Assembly: GCA_039815185.1 (NCBI GenBank)
Contig: JBCBZT010000061.1
Span: forward strand, 1 to 38,687
Length of the DNA stretch: 38,687 bases
DNA from: Cyanobacteria bacterium P01_A01_bin.123
GTDB taxonomy: Bacteria; Cyanobacteriota; Cyanobacteriia; Phormidesmidales; Phormidesmidaceae
Reading direction: 5' to 3'
Positions 33,745 to 38,687 of this stretch are shown in pieces. A program made the position numbers and the translations under genes. Below the pieces are notes generated by a model that had not been told where the DNA came from, made no database searches, and worked only from the letters and a program-made list of their open reading frames with translations. Position 1 is the stretch's first letter, and each line of letters begins with the position of its first letter.

Positions 33745-36700
33745 ATGGTCATTTCAGAACATAGTCGATCCAGTCGCGAATCTAAACCGAAGATTCTGGT
33801 TGTCGATGATGAACCAGACAATCTCGATCTGCTTTATCGTACTTTTTACCGGGAGTTTCGGGTTTTACGTGCCCAAGATGGTCCCAGTGCCCTTAAGCTC
33901 TTGGCGGAACAAAGCGGCATTGCGGTCATTATCTCTGACCAGCGGATGCCGGGGATGAGCGGTACTGAGCTGCTTCGGCAAACGGCAATTCAGTATCCCA
34001 ATATTATTCGGATTATTCTCACGGGGTACACCGACGTTGAGGACTTGGTTGAGGCAATCAACGCTGGGAAGGTATTTAAGTATGTCACTAAGCCATGGGA
34101 TGAAGATGATCTCAAAGCGGTGGTTCGCCAAGCCGTAGAAACTCACAAAGTATTGAAGGCACGCACTGAAGATCTCAGCCGGATTCTGCGTCAAGAATCT
34201 TTGCTGAATGCGGTAACTAATACGATCCGAGGGGCCAAGAGTTCCCAGCAAATGTTGCAGACCATTGTCGATACCATCGGCCCCATGCTTGAGGTGCACA
34301 TTGGCATTGTGCAGGCATTCCAAACCGAGGGGGGGGAGGCCTATTTTGTCTTTCAAAGTGAGACCAGTGGGGAAGAAGCTGCATCTGTCTTACCCCTAAA
34401 AATGCTGCAACAGACTGTTTGGGAAACTCGCGAAGTTGAAGTCATTGAACAGATCGAAGAGAGCGCTACAGGCCCTTTTCTGTCGGGGGATCCGAGGCTG
34501 GCAGCCTTACAGGCAGTCGACATCCAATCTACCCTGGTCATTCCGATTCAATTTAAACAGGACTTGATTGCTGTACTTGCCCTGCATCAACGGCACCAGC
34601 CTCGATCTTGGAAGGGAGAAGAAGTGCAGTTGCTCCTAACCATGGCAGATCAAGCGGCGTTGGCCTTTTCCCAAATTTCCACCTATGAGAAGGTACAGGC
34701 TTTGGCCAAGCGTGAGGTGTTAATCAACACGATCACCCAGTCGATTCGCTCTAGCCTAAACCCCCAGGAGATTTTTGCCGCGATTACGCAAAAGCTGGGC
34801 CAAGCTCTGCGGACTGATAGTTGTGCCCTCTCACTTTGGACAGAGGACGATGAGTTTGTCCTGTGTGTGGGGCTACATACTTCGGCTGAAGCCACCTTTG
34901 GCGGGAATCGGCTAAGCCAGGAAGGGGGCAATGGCGCAGGATCACAGGCCAGTGCTGCGACTACCCTTGCGGCAAAGACGTTGGATGGGGCAGCGTTCCC
35001 CCAAACTCCACGTTCCCAAGTCCCCATTGCTGGCAATCCGGTGTTGCAACAGCTGTTGGCAACCCAACAACCCGTCGTAATTGATGATTTAGATCAGCAT
35101 CCAGAATTGGCGGTGCAGGATATTCCCATGCGATCGCCAGCTAAAGCGCTCCTGATCGTACCGCTGATTGTTGATCAGCAAATTATCGGCAGTATTTCGC
35201 TCAGGCAAACCCAGCGATCGCGTCATTGGCGAATTGATGAAGTTGAACTAGCTCAGGCAGTCGCCTCGCAAGCAGCGTTGGCGGTGCAGCAGGCACGCCT
35301 TTATCAAAAGACACGGCAACAAGCCGAACAGCTTTTAGAGCTGGATAAGCAAAAGACCGAATTTTTTCAAAATATCTCCCACGAATTTCGCACCCCGCTC
35401 ACCTTGACGATTGGCCCTTTAGAATCGGCGGTACATCGCCAAGAGGGGCTCGACTATGACCAAGCGGTGATTGCTTTACGGAACTCCCGGCGGTTGTTGC
35501 GGTTAGTAAATCAACTGCTAGATTTGCAGCGGCTTGATGCGGGGCGCATGCAGCCGACTTTTCGCAGCTGTGATCCGGTGGAATTCATCACGGAGATTGT
35601 GGAGGCGTTTCGACCCTATTGCGATCGCAAACAATTAAACCTGATTACCCATCTCAGTCCTTCTGAACCGCTATATCTCGATTTTGAAAAGTTTGACAAG
35701 GTACTTTACAACTTGCTCTCCAATGCCATGAAATTTACGGCGGCAGGGGGCACAATCACCATAAGGCTAACAACAGCGGGCGATCGTTGTGTTATCGAGG
35801 TTCAAGATACAGGAATTGGCATCCGCGAAGACCAATTGGTTCATCTATTTGAACGGTTTCGACAAGCCGATGGCTCTACCAACCGCAGCTATGAAGGGAC
35901 GGGCTTAGGGCTGGCCCTGGTGAAAGAACTGGTAGAACTTCACGGGGGAGACGTCATCGTTGACTCAGAATATGGCCAAGGAACAACCTTTCGACTCACC
36001 ATTCCCTTTGGCAGCAGCCACCTACCCGCTAACGCAGTTGTGGAAGAGGCCGCCAAGATTGAAGGGCAGCGGGCAGCCGTTGAACTCGCTGATATCGAAA
36101 CTATTGCCGCAAACCCAGCCCAGATTCCCACCGAACTGCCCCCGATGATCCAGGGTTCAAACCAGACCCCAGTGGACAATCACCATGCCCACATCCTGGT
36201 GGTGGATGATAATCCCGATTTGCGCGCCTATCTCTCCAGCATTTTGCAGCGAGAAGGTTATCAGGTACGCACCGCCTACAACGGGGCCATGGGTTGGGAA
36301 CTGACCGAGACCTATCATCCCGAATTGATCATTACTGATTTGATGATGCCAGGGGTGTCTGGGTTGGAGCTGATTCAGCGAATTCGTCTGGATGCAAAAC
36401 TGCAAGGCATTCCGGTAATTTTGTTGACGGCAAAGGTTGATGATGAAACTCGACTTGAAGGAGTTGAACAGGGAGCGGATGCTTATCTGTCTAAGCCGTT
36501 TAACGACCGCGAACTCTTGGCCGAGGTACGTAATCTATTGGCTCTGAAGGCGAATGAACGGCGGGTTGAGGAATTGAATACTTACTTGACGGAGTCAGTG
36601 CTCCATCGATTTTTACCCGCGAGTCTAGTGAAAAAAGCAGCCCAAGGCGAACTCCAGCTAGATCTGCGTCCAGAACCCCGGTTAATCACGATCGTCTTTA

Positions 36701-37284
36701 GCGACATTATTGGCTTTACAGAGCTTTCTAATCTGTTGAAATCGCGCCGGGTCGCTGAACTGCTCAACGAATATCTTGCGGCCATGACCGAAGCCATTTT
36801 CACAAATGGTGGAACAGTCGATAAATTTATGGGCGACGCTGTGTTGGCACTGTTTGGCGCTCCTGAAGAGCTAACGCCAGAGGCCCAAGCCCGACAAGCG
36901 ATCGCAGCAGCCCGACAGATGTATCAAAAACTCGATGAACTGAATCAACGCTGGCAAGCCCAAGGCATTGGGCCAGTCCAGTTTCGCTGCGGTATTCACC
37001 AAGGCACCGCCGTGGTGGGGATGTTTGGCAACGATGAGCGGGCTGACTACACCGCCATTGGCCCCAGCGTTAACGTAGCAGCTCGTCTCCAAGATGCCGC
37101 TAGTGCAGATTGCATTTTGGTTTCAGAAGCCATTGCCCGACATTTACCCCCCGATGAAGTAGAACAATTTGGTTCTGTCAATCTCAAAGGCATTGACGAG
37201 GCTGTGTCTACCTACGGCATTCGCATTCACCATTCTCAACCAATTACTGCGCCGCCCACCGCCGAGCCCTCCGGACAGCCATAA
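33745..37284 (+). CDS. cyaC: Hybrid adenylate cyclase CyaC (REC-GAF-GAF-HisKA-HATPase-REC-class III cyclase)
   Basis: VVDDEP..SDQRMP receiver, SHEFRTPL H-box, NLLSNAMKF and GTGLGL, a second receiver TDLMMP, and the FSDIIGFT..DKFMGD..YTAIG..VNVAARL cyclase with ATP-specifying K/T. Confidence 0.95.
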   Translation: MVISEHSRSSRESKPKILVVDDEPDNLDLLYRTFYREFRVLRAQDGPSALKLLAEQSGIAVIISDQRMPGMSGTELLRQTAIQYPNIIRIILTGYTDVEDLVEAINAGKVFKYVTKPWDEDDLKAVVRQAVETHKVLKARTEDLSRILRQESLLNAVTNTIRGAKSSQQMLQTIVDTIGPMLEVHIGIVQAFQTEGGEAYFVFQSETSGEEAASVLPLKMLQQTVWETREVEVIEQIEESATGPFLSGDPRLAALQAVDIQSTLVIPIQFKQDLIAVLALHQRHQPRSWKGEEVQLLLTMADQAALAFSQISTYEKVQALAKREVLINTITQSIRSSLNPQEIFAAITQKLGQALRTDSCALSLWTEDDEFVLCVGLHTSAEATFGGNRLSQEGGNGAGSQASAATTLAAKTLDGAAFPQTPRSQVPIAGNPVLQQLLATQQPVVIDDLDQHPELAVQDIPMRSPAKALLIVPLIVDQQIIGSISLRQTQRSRHWRIDEVELAQAVASQAALAVQQARLYQKTRQQAEQLLELDKQKTEFFQNISHEFRTPLTLTIGPLESAVHRQEGLDYDQAVIALRNSRRLLRLVNQLLDLQRLDAGRMQPTFRSCDPVEFITEIVEAFRPYCDRKQLNLITHLSPSEPLYLDFEKFDKVLYNLLSNAMKFTAAGGTITIRLTTAGDRCVIEVQDTGIGIREDQLVHLFERFRQADGSTNRSYEGTGLGLALVKELVELHGGDVIVDSEYGQGTTFRLTIPFGSSHLPANAVVEEAAKIEGQRAAVELADIETIAANPAQIPTELPPMIQGSNQTPVDNHHAHILVVDDNPDLRAYLSSILQREGYQVRTAYNGAMGWELTETYHPELIITDLMMPGVSGLELIQRIRLDAKLQGIPVILLTAKVDDETRLEGVEQGADAYLSKPFNDRELLAEVRNLLALKANERRVEELNTYLTESVLHRFLPASLVKKAAQGELQLDLRPEPRLITIVFSDIIGFTELSNLLKSRRVAELLNEYLAAMTEAIFTNGGTVDKFMGDAVLALFGAPEELTPEAQARQAIAAARQMYQKLDELNQRWQAQGIGPVQFRCGIHQGTAVVGMFGNDERADYTAIGPSVNVAARLQDAASADCILVSEAIARHLPPDEVEQFGSVNLKGIDEAVSTYGIRIHHSQPITAPPTAEPSGQP

Positions 37285-38294
37285 TGTCGCCCCCAAATCC
37301 AAATGCATCCCCGATGATTTGGCTACGCCATCAAGATCCGCAGCGGCTGTGGGTAAAAATTGCCTTGATTTCCGTAGTGGTACACGGCCTGTTGTTATGG
37401 CTGGGGTTTCCTATTCTAATGCGGACACAATCCGCCGTGACTGCCAGCGAAGAAGCTGTGGTGGTGCCGATTGAATTGGTTGATAGTCCGATACCCCCTC
37501 AACCAGCAGCAACTGAGGGGAGTGATTCGAGTGCGATCGCATCTGAAATTTCCCCCACGCCGCCTACTCCCCAGTCTCAATCGTCTGAAGTCCAATCCTT
37601 CCAACCCAATCAAGGCACAACGGCTCCCCTTTCAAATGGATCCTCCGCTGCCAATACTGCCCCCGCCAATGCTGGCAATACAGCACCCTCTAATACTGGG
37701 CAAGCAGGCACCTCTGTTAACCCAGGTGCACCTGCCCCCAATGGTGGAAATGCTGGGAGCCCCAATCGTAACAACCGAGAGGGAACAGCAGACAATTCCT
37801 CTACACAACCGGGAACTAACGTCCCCAACCGTAGCGGAACTGACAATCCACCCCCAACCTCTGGACAAAGTGGCAACCCAGAAACAACAGGCAATCCCTC
37901 TAATCCAGATAACCTCGCAGTCTGGGTACATCTTTCTCACGGCGCAACCCCTACCGATGAAACAGACATTCCGCCACAACTACCGACGCTGCTTGACCCC
38001 AGCCCACGACGCATCAACTTGACACCAGGCACAGCGATCTGTAGCGTTGCTAATCCAGCAATCATTACCCAATACAGTCAAAGCGGTTTAACTGTATCGC
38101 TTAGACTGACGGTTGAAGACAATGGTCAAGTATCAAACGTCTCGGTTTATCAGTCCAGCGATAATCAAACGTTTGACGAATTTGCTCGTTGTCTAGTGCG
38201 TCAACAAGGCTTGCAGTTCAATCCTGCCCAAGACGGTGGTCACGCTGTCCCCACCACGTTGATGATTCTCAATGTGTCCCTTAGCCCTGGATAA
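37284..38294 (+). CDS. TonB-like energy transducer protein
   Basis: N-terminal transmembrane helix with SxxxH (ISVVVHG), a long Pro/Ser/Asn/Gly linker, and C-terminal VSLRLTVEDNGQVSNVSVYQSS..FDE..FNPA resembling TonB_C. Confidence 0.75.
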   Translation: MSPPNPNASPMIWLRHQDPQRLWVKIALISVVVHGLLLWLGFPILMRTQSAVTASEEAVVVPIELVDSPIPPQPAATEGSDSSAIASEISPTPPTPQSQSSEVQSFQPNQGTTAPLSNGSSAANTAPANAGNTAPSNTGQAGTSVNPGAPAPNGGNAGSPNRNNREGTADNSSTQPGTNVPNRSGTDNPPPTSGQSGNPETTGNPSNPDNLAVWVHLSHGATPTDETDIPPQLPTLLDPSPRRINLTPGTAICSVANPAIITQYSQSGLTVSLRLTVEDNGQVSNVSVYQSSDNQTFDEFARCLVRQQGLQFNPAQDGGHAVPTTLMILNVSLSPG

Positions 38295-38390
38295 AGCTTG
38301 AATTAGCAACAGGCCAACAGTCTAGGAAATATTTATGTTACGCTAGCCTATGCTCTAGTCAACGGGGCGCAGGCGCAAGCTTGTCATCTT

Positions 38391-38461
38391 GCGGGTGTAG
38401 TTTAGTGGTAAAACCTTAGCCTTCCAAGCTAATGATGGGGGTTCGATTCCCCCCACCCGCT
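38391..38461 (+). tRNA. trnG: tRNA-Gly (anticodon TCC)
   Basis: Acceptor stem GCGGGTG/CACCCGC, anticodon arm TTAGC-CTTCCAA-GCTAA, T-arm GGGGG-TTCGATT-CCCCC. CCA is not encoded. Confidence 0.98.
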
Positions 38462-38549
38462 TAAAAACTTGAGCTTCCTACCAGTTATGGGTTTCAAGCA
38501 TATTTTCAGTCCTCTTGGCTACCCCAAATTAGTTTGCTTAGCCTAAATA

Positions 38550-38687
38550 GGGCTCGCTGAAAAAGTCACTTTTGACGATTTTGTGAAACGGTAGCGCGAT
38601 CAGACGTGTCCGGCAGACAGTGGTTAAGGTCATGCTTTGGCGAAGGTGTGACGGCCTTGCCAGGGAGCGACCGTAAGTCGCCAAAAA
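38550..38687 (-). mobile_element. Probable end of an insertion sequence (IS5/IS1182-like), truncated by the window edge
   Basis: GGGCTCGCTGAAAAAGTC resembles, from memory, cyanobacterial IS terminal inverted repeats. A minus-strand frame is open from the window edge and ends ..DFFSEPYLG*. Confidence 0.5.

Noticed and set aside
34880..35020. Gly/Ala/Ser-rich insert in the second GAF domain of CyaC
   Set aside because: It looks like a variable low-complexity loop, with no intein or domain signature.
37471..38022. Overlapping ORFs within the TonB-like gene
   Set aside because: They are a by-product of the stop-poor, low-complexity linker DNA.

Overview
Core-genome segment of a phycobilisome-bearing cyanobacterium, with about 35 HIP1 GCGATCGC octamers found by eye. 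From left to right: the allophycocyanin core cluster apcE-apcA-apcB-apcC (minus strand), divergent from the large ATP synthase operon (atp1, a, c, b', b, delta, alpha, gamma); a DUF3616-like gene; an AcnA-type aconitase (cyanobacteria usually use AcnB); an alpha/beta hydrolase; tab2 plus a sugar ABC permease; ugd and UDP-glucuronate decarboxylase; ylqF; a GT4 glycosyltransferase plus a HepA/MsbA-like ABC exporter; dusB; DUF3318; nurA; an esterase; hisC; a possible Crp-like protein; a GNAT; the hybrid adenylate cyclase cyaC overlapping a TonB-like gene; tRNA-Gly(TCC); and a probable IS end cut by the window edge. No CRISPR array, prophage or rRNA is visible. The most interesting leads are: (i) a His-less pseudo-HisKA domain fused to the C-terminus of the ABC exporter; (ii) an orphan minus-strand terminator with a -10 box that defines a candidate ~50-nt sRNA upstream of tab2; (iii) cyaC joined to a TonB-like gene by a TAATG overlap, near a Crp-like gene; (iv) AcnA with a 3' hairpin; and (v) a 3-REP ApcE carrying a possible remnant of a fourth arm. 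All assignments come from motif recognition. No database searches were run.
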